A stretch of 64,000 nt of DNA from the human T2T-CHM13v2.0 reference genome, Homo sapiens. Made by a program: the position numbers and the translations under genes. This document shows, in pieces, positions 23,206 through 37,273 of this stretch. How positions within the stretch are numbered: position 1 is the first letter of the stretch; the number at the start of each line of letters is the position of its first letter. The notes beneath the pieces are model-generated. The model was given only the letters and a program-made list of their open reading frames with translations. It was not told where the DNA came from and did not search any database. The DNA lies in the NCBI RefSeq assembly GCF_009914755.1, contig NC_060926.1. One strand, written 5' to 3'.

Positions 23206-26200
23206 TAGGCCATTTCTTCTAGGGATGGAGGATTCACAAGAAACCATTGCTATCTAAACCTGAAAGGACAGCTATATTCTCTGGGACCTGACTTAGTTAG
23301 AGAGTCGCATGCTGTGTGGTGTTTTGTGATTGGGCCATGGATCCTTGAGGGGAAGGAGCACAGTGAGCTCCATTGCTGTTGCTTCATGGTCTTGGTTCTC
23401 TGGCACCAAAACATAGCACCATGACAAGTACGATCGTGATGTCCCCAAAGTGAAATCATCTGCCGCTTGAACGTCAATATTTACAAGTTGAATTATTGGA
23501 ATTCCATGATACCATGTTGTGCTTCTTAAGCAGAGTTAAAATGAAATCTATACAATGACATGCCCTCCACAGCATTAATTCACTGAGTATTTCTTTACTA
23601 GCCAGAGCACTTTTGAGAAAACCTGAATATTTTTAGCAAGGTCTTAAGAATATCTTTTTCTTTTATTTCTATATCTAACTTACGTGTTTATTTTATACAT
23701 CTCTTATCTGTAGGCTGAATCTGGGATATTGTATATCGAATAACTACTAGATTAATTGCTCTTTTGTTAAATAAGCCCAGGTTTTTAAAGGAGGAGCCTG
23801 GGGGAAGAGATCTAATACAAGCCCAGTGGGGCTTGGCCATATGGCTGTCTCACATACAGTCCGTCTCACATGTGTTGTCTCAGTCCACTCAAGAGCTCCA
23901 TGAAAAACGGATGTCTCTAGTGCCATTTTATAGAAGACAAAATAGGCAGAGAGACGTTGAGAGTTTTGCCTATAGTCATGGAGGTGGTAATTGGTAAAGT
24001 GAAGATGTGAATGTTTTTCTATTTTCAAAAGCTGCCCTCTTGCCATTTACCCAGTTGTGGGTCATCCTTACATTGCTTTTCACTGAGTTCAAGGGGAATG
24101 TGGTTGTGCAGAAAAGTCTGTTTCCTGTTCATAATGTGCTAATGCTGCAAGGCAAGTAGATATCTGGGAGTTTGCTTTGTGTTCAGAAGTCTTTTTGCTG
24201 TGGCTGGACAGCATTTGTTGAGATAAGATATTATTCGTGCTGAACTTAACTCCTTTCTGCTGTTTGTTTGAGAAAAAGTACAGTCAATGGGCCTCCAATC
24301 ATCTAATTTCAAATTTTTGTCCTCTTGTTATTCCTGATTATGTTTATCTCCAGTATAGTTTCTTCCTTTTCCTCCCTGTGAATGATATACTTTGTCCTGG
24401 TAATTCTTTTTTACATTTCAGGGGAAGTACTAGATATAGAACACTTTACCTTTATAAAAACATTATCTCTTTCTCCTTTTCCTCCTCTTCATCCTCATCA
24501 GTCTTTCTGTACTTACCATTGTTTCAAAGATGCTAATTATTTAATTGGAAGCAATATAAACTTTTTTGCTTTGAGAAAAGGAACTATGATGCTTCTTTTC
24601 CCCTGTTTCCTGGTTGATTTTTATATCCAACTGTACATCTAATCTCAAATTTGGAAAACCCTCCATGGTTTAGCTCCACATCTTCTCTGACTCTGCACAC
24701 CCACTCTTTGTTCCTTCGTATTGACCTGCCTTCCCCTGTCTTTACCCTCCTCCGTTGCCACTGGCTTTTCTCCCAGCTGGTGGTTGGTGTTATGCTTAGC
24801 TAGAGCTGTTCCATCTCTTTGGAATCTCTCTCCCCAGTAGAGCCATTGAGTCACTTCCTTGTTTCAGTTCTTGCCTAAACACAGTCCTACTTACTCTTGC
24901 AAGAGTTACAATGAATCAGACTTCTGTTTTATTTCATGTTTTCCCTCAGTGCAGTCTCTACAAGTATTTTTTGAAACCTGTATCACTTTAACGTTTTGGG
25001 TTCTCTCCTTTGGCTCTAAAAGATGTTCTCTACTGAAACTTAAAATATTTTATACTTTATTATATAATAGTCCTTCATAGCATAATAAAATGAGTTATAT
25101 ACATGTAATGAAGACAATTAATAAGAGTATTTCAGTTTATCATTTTTTAGTGTTTTAAATAGTAAGATTAAGTAGTAGGTTCCTGACATGTGGCTATCTT
25201 TATGGAGTGGCCCTTTTAATAGTTAAATATCTGAAGACTTTTAATAAATGTGTCCTGAGAGTTTATCAAATGGCTAGTACTTTAATGCTGGTTATAGGTT
25301 TTACCCACACCAGGCACCAGTTGAGGAGGATGATTGGGGCCTGGAGTCCAGCCCATGCTCTGCTCATCCAACTCCATGTCCTGATGCAGGTCACATCCTA
25401 CAGCTGCCCTTTTCTAATCCCCACACAGGGGTTGATGGAGTCCCAGTATCTGGGATTGGACAAGCATCATTTAATCTCACAATCCTTTGGGGTTGGGATT
25501 ACTGGCTCAGAGAGGTTGGATGATTTGCTGAACTTCTCACTGCTAGTAAGAAGTTTCTGGGATTTCAATCCAAGTCTAATGACTCCAGTCCAGCACTCTT
25601 TTCTTACCACCACTGCTGGATCCTCCTTCCCCAGGACTCTGCACAGTGCAGCAAACACTCTTGGAATGAGGGTACGTTGTAGGCACTATAGGTACCAGCG
25701 ATTTTAATACGTGAAAATTAAATCTTATAAAACCTTATGAAACCATATTCCACCATCTATCACAATCTCTTCAAATCATCATTCAGCCTCTGAAGCAACT
25801 CCAGTGGGGAGTTTTTAATTGACAAAAATTGTAATCCTTGGTTACCAGATAAGTTTTGAACTATCTTTCCTCTCACATTGATAGGCAGATGTAAAAGTGT
25901 CTATGATCACAGCCCAACTTTGAATATCAGGGAAGTGCTACAGTATTACCTCAAAAATGAGATTAAAGTCTGAAGATATGTGTTCCCAGTCAGGCCAAGA
26001 TTTAGATACATACATTACCCTGCAATCTGTAATTTTTGATGACTAGCTTCAAAATTAAAGGTTTTTTTCACTATTGCTTATAATAATTTTGTGTTGTAAA
26101 TGTAGTAACATGGATATTTGTGGAATAATTGTAATGATTCTTGAACAGCCTTACCTTCTGCATCACAGTGTTCATACAGATGTGCACATAGGAAGGGTTG

Positions 26201-26727
26201 AAAAGTTATTTTCATGCACTCAGTGTTCCAGGAATCATGACCAGTGCACTGCTGAATCAAGGCTGGGAGTAGCTTTGTTTGTTTTTCTTCCTTTTGCCTT
26301 ATTTGTATAAGTGCTGTAGTTAGAGGCCCAGGCAGCATGAGCAACTCTAGAGATGTGGAAATGAGGGAGGAGGAGATAAGACAAAAGGAGGTGGTTAGGA
26401 GGCCGTCTGCCTAGACGCAGTCCTATTATAGATGTGAGAGCAGCAGAAACACTTGAGTTTTGCTGTGGTGTGTAGTAACTTGTATTTCCTAGATGGGATA
26501 ATGTAACCTATCAGTATGTAGTGACCACAGAACCTTAGACCTTGCAGAAATCGTAAAGGTCATCTGCTTCATATCCTGGGCATCCCTGAGAGATGGGTTT
26601 CCATGGTCAGCTCCTAGTGAAGTCAGCATCTTCCACTGTTAAGGAGCATTAACTGTTGAAAAGATCTTCTGCTTAATGAGGTTGAATCCACTCTTTCTAT
26701 GATTTGTAGCCTTTAGTCCTGCCAATA

Positions 26728-26958
26728 CAAGTTAAGCATCCCAAATCCAACAATCTGAAATCCAAAATGCTCCAGAATCCAAAATGTTTTGAGTACCAAC
26801 ATAACACTCCAAGGAAATGCTCGTTGGAACAATTTAGATTTTGTACTTTTGGATTTGGGATGCTCAACTGGTATTTTCAAATATTCTAAAATCTGAAAAT
26901 AACTAACATCTAAAATACTTCTAGTCCCAAGCGTTTTAGATCAGAGATCCTCAACCTG
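26728..26958 (+). mobile_element. Tigger4a/MER46-like MITE
   Basis: Inverted termini CAAGTTAAGCATCCC / GAGATCCTCAACCTG; TA on the left; about 230 bp. Confidence 0.75.
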
Positions 26959-29716
26959 GACCTTCATCGTGCAACAGGCTTCCTCTTGCTCAGGGTATCT
27001 GAACACTGCCATCATGTCTGCACGTAGTCTCACCGTTCCGCCTTTCCTCAGTTGATCCTTACAGGACCTGGTTGCCAGAACTTTCATTTCTCTGCTTGCA
27101 CTGCTTCATCTAGGTCATGCATGGGCTGAATCCTGGGACAGCTGTGTAGGGTTGTAGTGTCCCTTAATCTGCAGCCCAAGGTTGTGTGAGCTTTTTGAGG
27201 CACTGTAGCTTGTTTGACCCAATAGGATTTTTGTTTTGGATTTGATTTAGCTAAATATTGGGTTGTAAATTTAGCACATTTCTCCAGGATTACTTATTCG
27301 TAAGACACATCCTGAAATGATAAGGCTTTCCATGTTAATGTAGTGAATAATTCACAAAGGAGGAATTCCATTTGTGTTTTTAACTTGTAAAACATCACCT
27401 CAATCTGTGCGTAAAAATATAGTTAGCGTGAGCCTATATCTGTGTGATTACATCTCACCAGAAAGCAGAACCTAACAGTCATAGACAAGGATTTTCTGAA
27501 TGCTGATCTCATCCTATTCCATGTGATTCTCTTCAGTGTGGCCTTTTGGTGTGGGAGAGAGAAGATCTTTCCTCTACCTTCTTTTCCTGTAGGCATTTCC
27601 TACATCCAGGTGAGACCCTATGGTGTTCAGTGGTCTCTTGGGTGAGAGCCCTGAGTATGGCCACAGAGATCTCTCAGATGGAGTTTCTGGCTGCACATCG
27701 AAGCCTCTTCATAGTTAAATAACTGAAGGGCATATGTAGAACTTTGAGTCTTGTTATAACTGTGACTTCATCTCTTGTAGCTTATTCTTATACTGTGCAG
27801 ACCCAGTTTCAAGACACACACAGTGTTGTGGTACCACCTACACTACCATTTATTTAAACAATTTGGATGGCTTATGCTGCTCTTGGCTGTGGACCTGCAA
27901 AAACAAAGCCATGGGATAAAGCGGCCTGAATCATGTAATGAAAACCTTGTACCTTTCTGGAGGCCCTGTTGAGAAAAAATGATTTATTTTTGCCCTACCA
28001 AATAAAACATTCTAGGAATCCAAGGTGAAAATTGGATTTTAACTGCTACTAACATTTTAAGCATATAAAATCAGCAAGTGTTGAGTGTTTCGCTTGATTA
28101 GGAGATGAACCTAAAGAGTCCAGTACAAGAATGATCTGCATATGATGTGAACTGGTGTCTTACATAAATTTTATAAAACTGGAAATAAACCCTAAGCATG
28201 CTTTGGCAGCCAGGTTGCAACGGTGGGGACCTCTGTGTTTTTACAGAATCATTTTGTTCCCAGTCTTAGGCCTGGGTCATTGTTCGCCTTTCCTCCCTTC
28301 AGTCCTTCATATTTCAGGGTTACACGTTTTGTGATTAAGCTCAAGGAGTATGGAAACTACCTGATTCCAGCCCCAAATATGTGCCTGTCTTCTCTAAGGT
28401 TCCCGTTTGTTCTCACGTTGGATCTGTCTCTCCCTCTTCTTCTCCCCACTCTGCGTGTACGTGCCTGTGCATGTTTGTTTCGTCATCTCTGTGACTACCT
28501 ACCCACCTACCACTTTATCACTCTTTTTTTGGTCCAGTCTTCCCCCGTGTCTGAGACTGTTCATCTGTGGCCCTGCCGCTGTTCCAACCTCGGGGACTTT
28601 CCCTCACTGCACGTGGTTAAACACTTTGCTGAGAGCCCTGTCTTCAAACAGACTTCCCCAGGTCATTGTGTTGGTATCTGGCACACAACGTCACTCATTG
28701 TTTATCCAGTTGTGTTGTTTTATAAGAGAGTTTCTTTATCTCAAGGAATGCGTGTCACGTGTCTGCAGGAGTTACTGCCCCGGTTTCAAGAGATGTGATG
28801 GTCTTGGGCTTTACTGACTTACACTAGGGCTTTTTTCAGTGCCTTCCCCAGAATTACGTGTTTTTTCAAGTTCATCTAAAAAAAAAAAAAGCAATTGTTT
28901 TGGTATGCCTAGTTTTGCTTAACTCAGAATGTCTTTAACACCTGCTTTTATATTAGGGAAGTTCATTTTGTCTCGTAGGGTCGTTTCTTATGGAGTCTGG
29001 TACTTTCGAGAGGGCAATTAGACTAACCTGTTTGATTGACAGGACCGTTTACAATCTACTCCACTCACACGCCTTCTACTCCCTGGGGAATCCGACAAAC
29101 ATTTGGGGCCTCAAATGGGACATCTGGAGTAGGGAGCTTTTATCTATAATAATAATAATAATGATAATGGTAATGATAGCTGACACATGTAAGTGCTCAG
29201 CTATAATGTTCAGCATTGCACATGCCTTTTTTCTTTCATGTTTCATGACCCTAGGAGAAAGATACTATTATGCACTCTACGTTATGGGTAGGAAAATGTC
29301 TAAGATAATGCGTGTAAGAAGTCCTACAGTCAGAATTCATTCTCAGGCCTCTCTAACTCCTGAGTCACATTTTTAATCACTATCATATACTGCTGTTGGA
29401 GAGCACACAGCATCCTGTTGAAATCATTAAAAATAATAAAACCTTAGAACATCAAAGCTATGATGTAACTAAAACTTAGCTGAGCCTTCTGTGGTTTGGT
29501 CTTGTTTTACAATTTGGATATGTAGTTACTTAGCGCCTCAGTCAGAATGTTGCATGCTTGGACCTGGCAGAAAAGAAACGCTGCCCCTGGAGGCCTGCCA
29601 GGTGACTGGTGTCTACTACTTGCTGTCCTTCTGAGGGCCACCACCTGCCTGGACCTTCTGTCACCACACTCTGCTCACTAGCCTGGGGTATGGATGCTAA
29701 ACTTCCATTGGTTTTC

Positions 29717-30017
29717 TTTTGTTTTTTGTTTTTTTTTTTTGAGATAGAGTCTCGCTCTGTCGCCAGGCTGGAGTGCAGTGGTGAATCTGGGCTCACTGCA
29801 ATCTCTGCCTCCTGGGTTCAAGCGATCCCCCTGCCTCAGCCTCCTGAGTAGCTGGGACTAGAGGCACCCACCACCACGCTGGCTAATTTTTTGTATTTTA
29901 GTAGAGACAGGGTTTCACCATGTTGGCCAGAATGGTCTCGATCTCCTGACCTCGTGATCTGCCTGCCTCGGCCTCCCAAAGTGCTGGGATTACAGGTGTG
30001 AGCCACCATGCCTGGCC
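29717..30017 (-). mobile_element. AluSc-like
   Basis: ctgtcgccaggctgg diagnostic; TSD TCCATTGGTTTTC. Confidence 0.93.
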
Positions 30018-31556
30018 CCTCCATTGGTTTTCACATAGCCATTGCTTGCCTGGATGGCCTACAACTAGCTTGTTCCTTAGTTCCCTAGGTTGTTTGTTCC
30101 TTTCTTCATGCAGCGTTTCCTGAGCATTTGCAACGTGTACTGTGTACTGGAATATAAACATAAGATACATACGCATTTAACAAAAATGCATCTCAGAGGC
30201 AGTAGACTGTATAGACAGTGCTGTGGGGTAAAAAGGAGGGAGGAACTCATTGGAATTAAGGAGATAGGGGAGGTTTCATAGTGATGGTTCTTCAGAGCTA
30301 TTAATACATCTCATGGGTTGAATAAAGTTTATTCTGGGAAAGAAAAAAGGGGAGGGTGTTCCAGCCAGACATGCTCCTTTTGGAAGGACGTGATTTGTTC
30401 AGAAAATAAAGAGCCCTTTGGTATGTCTGCAGGATAGAGGTGGATGGGGACAAGAGATTGCCTTAGGTGGGAATAGGAAGGACCTTATAGATCATTCTAG
30501 AGTGTGCCATTTTCAGACAATGGAGAGTCAGTGAAAGTTTTTAATCGGTAATGTGACCAGATTTGTCTTTGGAAAGACAACTCTGGAAACTGTTGGGAGG
30601 ATTTTTGTAGAGGCTGAGGCAGAGAAAGGCAGAATAACCCCTTGGATGCTCTGTGTTTGCACAGGAGACAAAAATGTGGGGTGTGTTAGCCTGCATAGCA
30701 GGGGTGGAGAGTCAGCTGGTCCTCCCCTCAGGCTGGCCTTTGGATGGGTCCACAGAGCAGGATCTGTTTTCTTAGGCACTTCCTCACCCCATTGAGGTGG
30801 TCTAACTTCAGGCCCCTGCCTCTCAGCTTTTTCTCACTTCCTGTGGTTGACCAGGAGTCTTACCTGGTCTTAACACTGGACAACCAGTGTTGCACCAGTA
30901 GCCTCTAAGTCCTACTCTTCTGCCTGCTCAAGCTGGTCTCGCTTAAACATGCTGGCACCTTCCTAGCTTGGCTGACCTCCCTGGGTCAGAATACTTGGCT
31001 GCCTGGAGCCTTCGTCTCTGCTAGAGCTGATTTGGCCCAGCCAGTAATTGTTTCTTCTGTCCTGTCTGTGCCCAGGCCTTGGGGTTATAGGAAGACCAGA
31101 AGCCTCCTGTAGGTGGGACCTGTGCCATCTTCTCACATTTTACACACATGCCATACCCTTAAGAGTTATGTTCCCTGATGGTCCACACAAGAGATTTAAA
31201 CAGACAGATACAACTAAAATCTAAAAAGCCTATATTGATCTTACACACTATGAGGCTCTTATTAAGAAAAAAAGGCATTGGAAATTTAAGTTTTATGAAG
31301 TACTCTGAGCAGTGACAGATTTTCTTAGACTAGAAAAACATCAAGGTGCTCCCATTTGGAAATGTACTTGTTCATTTTTGTGTTGTATTGATTTCTGTCC
31401 AGGTATTTTCTTTCCAAGTTTTATAGTTTTTTTCCTTTCTAATTGTGTCGATAACAAGGGAACTGGTTTATAGCGTGGCTGTGAGGGACAGCAGTGCTCT
31501 GGGGCTGGGCATCCTGCACTCAATTAACCTTCATATTTCACACCTAATCATTGCAG

Positions 31557-31659
31557 TGTGGCAAAGCGCTCCCTGGCCTTTCAAAGCAAGAGGACTGCTG
31601 TGGAACTGTGGGTACCTCCTGGGGCTTTAACAAATGCCAGAAATGCCCCAAGAAACCAT
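31557..31659 (+). CDS. LTBP1: LTBP1 coding exon (probably exon 8), 103 nt, phase 0-1; hybrid (TB-like) domain core
   Basis: ttgcag|TGTGGC acceptor, CCAT|gtaagt donor. Encodes [34 protein letters not shown]. Not shown in frame by the ORF track. Confidence 0.96.
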
Positions 31660-32404
31660 GTAAGTAATGTTTCCTCACTCCTTTGCAGGTTAATGTAGCA
31701 TATCTGTTTTTTATGATTACTCCTTTAATGATGAGGCAATATTAGACTTTCAAAGAACTCTCCTACTGAATTCTAGAATGTAGTACTATGATGTGCATTT
31801 CCAGAAAATTTGCAAGTCTGAAAAAGTTTTCATGTCAATTATTTTGTAATAAGCACAGTTATTAATTATCCTCTTTAGTTGGATTACTTATGGGGAAAAA
31901 AAGTCTTAAGTGGTAATGAGTTAAAATGGACTTTTTGTCTCAGGGGAAGAGAAAATAAGATCTCTTTTAAAATGGTAAATAAATGTTTCAAACCCTGTAA
32001 AAAGTACAGTTGTTATTTCCTAGGTTTAAATTCCTTAAATGAGATTTTTATTAATGTCCACAACTTATGTTGTAGTTTTTGTTATATTATCGGTTTTCAA
32101 ATTTCATTAAAAGGAAAGCTAAAATGGAGAAATAATTGGTTGTTGATTTGTAAAAGAGAAATTTATAATCACTAGGACACAATTCTTTCCCATTTTTTCT
32201 GACACTGGTTTTATGCTGTCACAGACCTCAGCAACATTAATCTATATTAACACCCCCAGGCTTTGATTTGCTTTTATTGTTCAGAACATGTTGATTTGAA
32301 TAAATCAGATTTACACCTTTTTAATACTCTATTCCTGACAATAATTTGTACCTTTAGTTTTTCAATGTAGTATTAACTCTGGATAACTGATTTCTAATAA
32401 ATAC

Positions 32405-32702
<298 letters not shown>

Positions 32703-35700
32703 TAAATAGTTTTTAGAGACAGAGGTGACTGGGTTTAAGTTGAGCTTTCTGACCCTTATTCATCATGTTTTTGCCAAGAGAGCAAGTGATATTTTTGTCA
32801 GTCATCTTTCTTTGCCTCATATAACTGAAGTTTTTATAATTTTTTTATTCTTTGTACTGCAAGAAATTTCTCATTTGCTTTAAATGAATAATTTTTGTTT
32901 ACTCCTCTTATCTGTTGATTTGATTGTATTCTCAAATGCCTTTTAAACCTCTATATTCAATCTAGGATTTGCCATCTGGGCATTAGTATTCCATATCTCT
33001 TTCTTACATTATTTGTTCTTCTACCAGTATAACAATTCATTTTAAGTAATTGTCTCTCATTTGGACTTCTTTGTCTCACAAACTTACAGATTTTCTAAAT
33101 GCCTAAAGCAAGTAATTTTATTTATTTTGTTGATACTACTCATCTCTTTTTAGAAGACTAACTTGTGGAAATGCCCACCGAAGTTCCTCATAATTAATGA
33201 ATTCTTCATTTACAAAAATAATCCATGTAAATAAGGACATTTTCAGTACTGAGAGAATTTTCCAAGCAGATGTTCTAAGCTGATTCGATGATCATTTGCA
33301 ATGCAAATTTCCAGGAAGTAGGTTGAGTGTGATGGTTCATCGTCACTGGAAGATCCATTTGCTTAAAATTATTTTGGCAACCTGACCAAAGGGATAGCTA
33401 TGATGCATTTGGTTTGATTTAAAAATTTTAGTGTTTGAAGTTAGGTAGCCCTGAGTTCGACTCCCAGCTCTTTCATTTGCTATTGAGTCTTAGAGCTCAT
33501 TAAGCAGGAATCTATACCTAAAACGTTGAAAAGGCGTTGCCATCTTTTTTTTTTTAAACCTGCCTCTTTGTTTACCATGTCTGTCTGTCTGTAGGAATAT
33601 TGAGGAGGATGATATATTTTCCACTGTTTGGTCTAAGAATTAAGGATGAGGGAAGTTAGGTTCATAGAACTTTGTTTTGGTCCTAAGTCTATGTTCTCTA
33701 ATATTAAATACCTTCCCCATCTGTCTTATTTTTCTTTTTCATTTTCATTTACCCCCTTCTTTGTGTATCTTTTGCTTAGCTGCTTCTCTTCTCTTGTGTC
33801 CAAACCCCAAAGTAGCAGGGATGTGATAGACATTAAAGGTAAAGAGATTCCTACTGTCCTTTTATTTTTTTTTTAATCCCTAACTTCCACTCTTGACCTT
33901 TTGTCGTTTTTGTCTAGAATTGCGTCATTTTTATCTAAGATGAGTTCACTGATGTCTGTGGTTTGTGAGCTCTGTATTTTAATCTTGATAAGGACTTAGT
34001 TGAATGTGAAAGTGCAAAGTTGCTGTCACTTTTAACTAAATGTTGGTGAAAAAAATCCATATGTTGGCTCATTTAATGTATAAAATTGAAGAGACTGCCT
34101 TCACTTCAGGAAGGGCAATGTGGACTATGAATGAAGTAAACTGTTAACATCTTGACATTTATTCTGTTTGTGTCCTCTTAAGTGACTCACTCCCAAGAAA
34201 CACACTCAGGGTCACATTCTTCCTGTGTCATTTAAAAAGTTTTCCTTTCCTTGGTTGGGACTCCTCTCTAAATCATATTCAGTTTGGAAGGAAGCAGACT
34301 TTCCTTGGCTTTCTACGCTATGGTTTTGTGTTCCACACCTCTTTTTTTTCACTCAAACTAGTTCAAACTTTAGTTTTCAAGTGGCTTTTATTTAACATTT
34401 GAAGTTTTTGTTTAGCCACATACAGAAAGACCTTTCATTGTTGATCATTTTTTTTGCTGTGAATACTTAATTTTAAATCTGCAAATGATTTCTTAAATAG
34501 TTTGTGACCCATTAGAAATGTGCCTAGCATGAACAAGTCACTTGTCCTTTAAAACTTTTGAGAAGAAAATGAACATAAAATCCTAAGCTGAGGAGGACTG
34601 TAAGAGATTGCCTGGTCTGGCTCTCTGCCTTCAAGTAGATGACTGCTGAAAGTTCTAAAACAAGTTCATATCCATCTCTTTTGACTTTGAGGAATTTGCA
34701 GCCAGAGATCCCACAGTCTCTGCAGGATGCCTGCTCTAGAGGTCTATGGGACAAGACAGACCTGAGGCCAAGGAGCTGAATGGAGGGACTCCCACACGCC
34801 CATATCTCCCGTCTTTTAATTTGCCTTTCCCAGATGCCTCACTCTGATCTTCTCTTTTAGGCATTCGGGGGAATCTGAAGAGAGGGGAAATACAGCAAAG
34901 AAAAGAATTGAAGGAGAAGAGGGACACCCCAGTACATATTCACCCTGTTCCTTTAGTGGTGACAGATAAAGAGCATATGGGGAGGCTGAAATAATTTTAT
35001 TTTTTAAGAGAAAATTTCCCTTTTTATTTTCTACTTTCCCCTTTTACTCCTCTTTCAAGTCTTTTTTAGTGGTTTAATCTTTCATCCCATTTTGATTATA
35101 GCTTGTTTTCTGTTGCACAGTAGCCTCTTAATAGAAGAATTCCTTACTGCAGGACATAGCAATGGCATTTGACACTTTGGGAGTGCTTATCACACTTAGG
35201 CCCTGTGGTAGGCATTTTTCATGAATTATCTCTAAATTGCAGAAGAATTCTTCCCTGCTCAGTAGATGGGAATTACCCTCATTGTATAGAATTTCTGTGT
35301 GAAACCCAAGAGGCTTGTTTCCCAAGGTCACAGCTATTGATAGGAAGAGGATTTGAAATCCACTTCTGCCACATCCCAGAACTTTGGCTGCATCCGCTAT
35401 GCCAGGTGCTCTCTCAAGTCTCACTCTAGAGTATCAGAATCTCAGGAAATAGGGTTTTGTTGAGAAGTTGGTGATTGCAACATTTGTATTGTTTGCATAT
35501 TCTGAGTGTAGCCCTTTTAATTTCCTGACTTCCTCTCATCACCTGCCTATTCTTCTCTGGTTCATAATGGTGAGAATCATCTCATGACTGGGATACCCGA
35601 TCCAGCAATTAGGATGAGTGTATAATTTATTGTCTAAAGTGGGACACTTTGGGGAGTAAAGTACTGTTAATTAACTTTGCTGGAATAACAGACATCACCC

Positions 35701-36084
35701 AGAATGTTCCAGGACGTGTAGTAACCCTACCTACAATGGATAAGAAAATCCAAAACCTAAAGCACATCAATGGGGAGGAATAGATCCTTTGTGATGGAAA
35801 TATGTAATCACTAATTAGAAGAAAATGTACAACAATCTTAGGATTGTTTCAGTTAACGTAATAAAGATTTACTGATAATTTCTTGGGACTTTATTGCAAA
35901 ATAAGTATCCTGAAAAATAAGCAGAATGGGAAAAAAATTATGGAGATATACATTGGTATTGGTTTCTTATATTAATAAATGAATAAGTAAGTTTGCTGAT
36001 GCCTTAAATGGCTTCAGATATCACTTACACTAGTCTAAGATTGTAAGAATTTAAGTATGTAACAAAGCATTTCTTCCCTTACAG

Positions 36085-36156
36085 CTTATCATGGATACAA
36101 CCAAATGATGGAATGCCTACCGGGTTATAAGCGGGTTAACAACACCTTTTGCCAAG
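36085..36156 (+). CDS. LTBP1: LTBP1 coding exon (probably exon 9), 72 nt, phase 1-1; end of hybrid domain
   Basis: ttcttcccttacag|CTTATC acceptor, CAAG|gtaaga donor. Encodes (S)YHGYNQMMECLPGYKRVNNTFCQ, with an NNT sequon. Confidence 0.96.
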
Positions 36157-37130
36157 GTAAGACTAACTGAATTCATTGATGTGGACTCAACAGTTGTTTT
36201 GGCTTTTTAGAAACTTCAGTTGTTTGCCACGGCTTGCTCATTCGCCCAGCCTGTCACAGTGAACCACCTCATGTTCACTCCTTTTGGCTAAGGAAATGTA
36301 AGGAAATAAGTTTAAAATATGGTTATTGGAATTGCTTTACTACCACTGAAACTTGATGCAAGTTTTTAATCTAAAAGAGTTTGGATAGAATTTAAAAGAG
36401 TTTGGATCACATTAGAGAGCACACTGTGGTTTCCATGCTAGTCACCTCATATCCTTTCATGGGCGTGTGCACACATGTGCTTGCAGGCACCCACATGTAC
36501 TTAGCAGTTCTACTTCATTGCCAATGCATGGTTGGGCAACAGAATTCCCTTTTCTCCTCTCATCAAAATGTTGTTGGTCATCTCAGGAACTAGATATCAG
36601 AGTAAACACATTTTGCCTAGGCAATAAGAAAAGCTATGTAGCTAAGTGTGAAATGCCCTGAGTACTTTTGTTTGGTTTATGTTGAACAGTACAGCAAAGT
36701 TGTACAAGCAGGGGGAAGCTAGGAGATTGTCTGGTACAGTGTCTACTTTATAAATGAGAAAACTCAAGCCCAGAGAGGTTAAGTGACTTTCTTGTGGCAG
36801 CATAGAGCTGAGATTATAACTTGAGTTTACCAAGGCCTAGTTTAGTACCCATATATGATATCATATTTTGTTTTAGTTACTTTATGGGAAGACCAATGCT
36901 TCTAATTTCCCTTTACATGTCTAGGATGAAGATGTTGTTATTAGTAACTTGGAAATATGTATACATTGAAACTGAGAAAGCAGAGAGCCTCCCAGAGTCT
37001 GATAGAACCAAAAGCCATGTTGAGAACATGGCACATGTCTTCTGATTTGTGTTCTGAGGCTCTGTATCCTTCACCACCATATGTATTTAGGATACAGTAG
37101 ATTAAGGTCATGTTACAGAGTATAGGTTAA

Positions 37131-37273
37131 CCCCCTATTCAAATGGCTCATGTCAAAGGAATATCTTGATTACCTGAGAATTTTCTCAAGTAGATTGTCT
37201 ATCACCCTATTCAAATGGCTCATGCCAAAGGAATATCTTGATTTTTTATCTGAGAATTTTCTCAATTGTCTAT
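37131..37273. repeat. Two-copy tandem duplication, period 72 bp
   Basis: ccctattcaaatggctcatg(t/c)caaaggaatatcttgatt...ctgagaattttctcaa..ttgtctat at 37133 and 37205. Confidence 0.92.

Noticed and set aside
28223-28817. 191-aa and 136-aa ORFs as a nested gene
   Set aside because: Non-ATG starts, low-complexity pyrimidine-rich translation, no recognisable domain.
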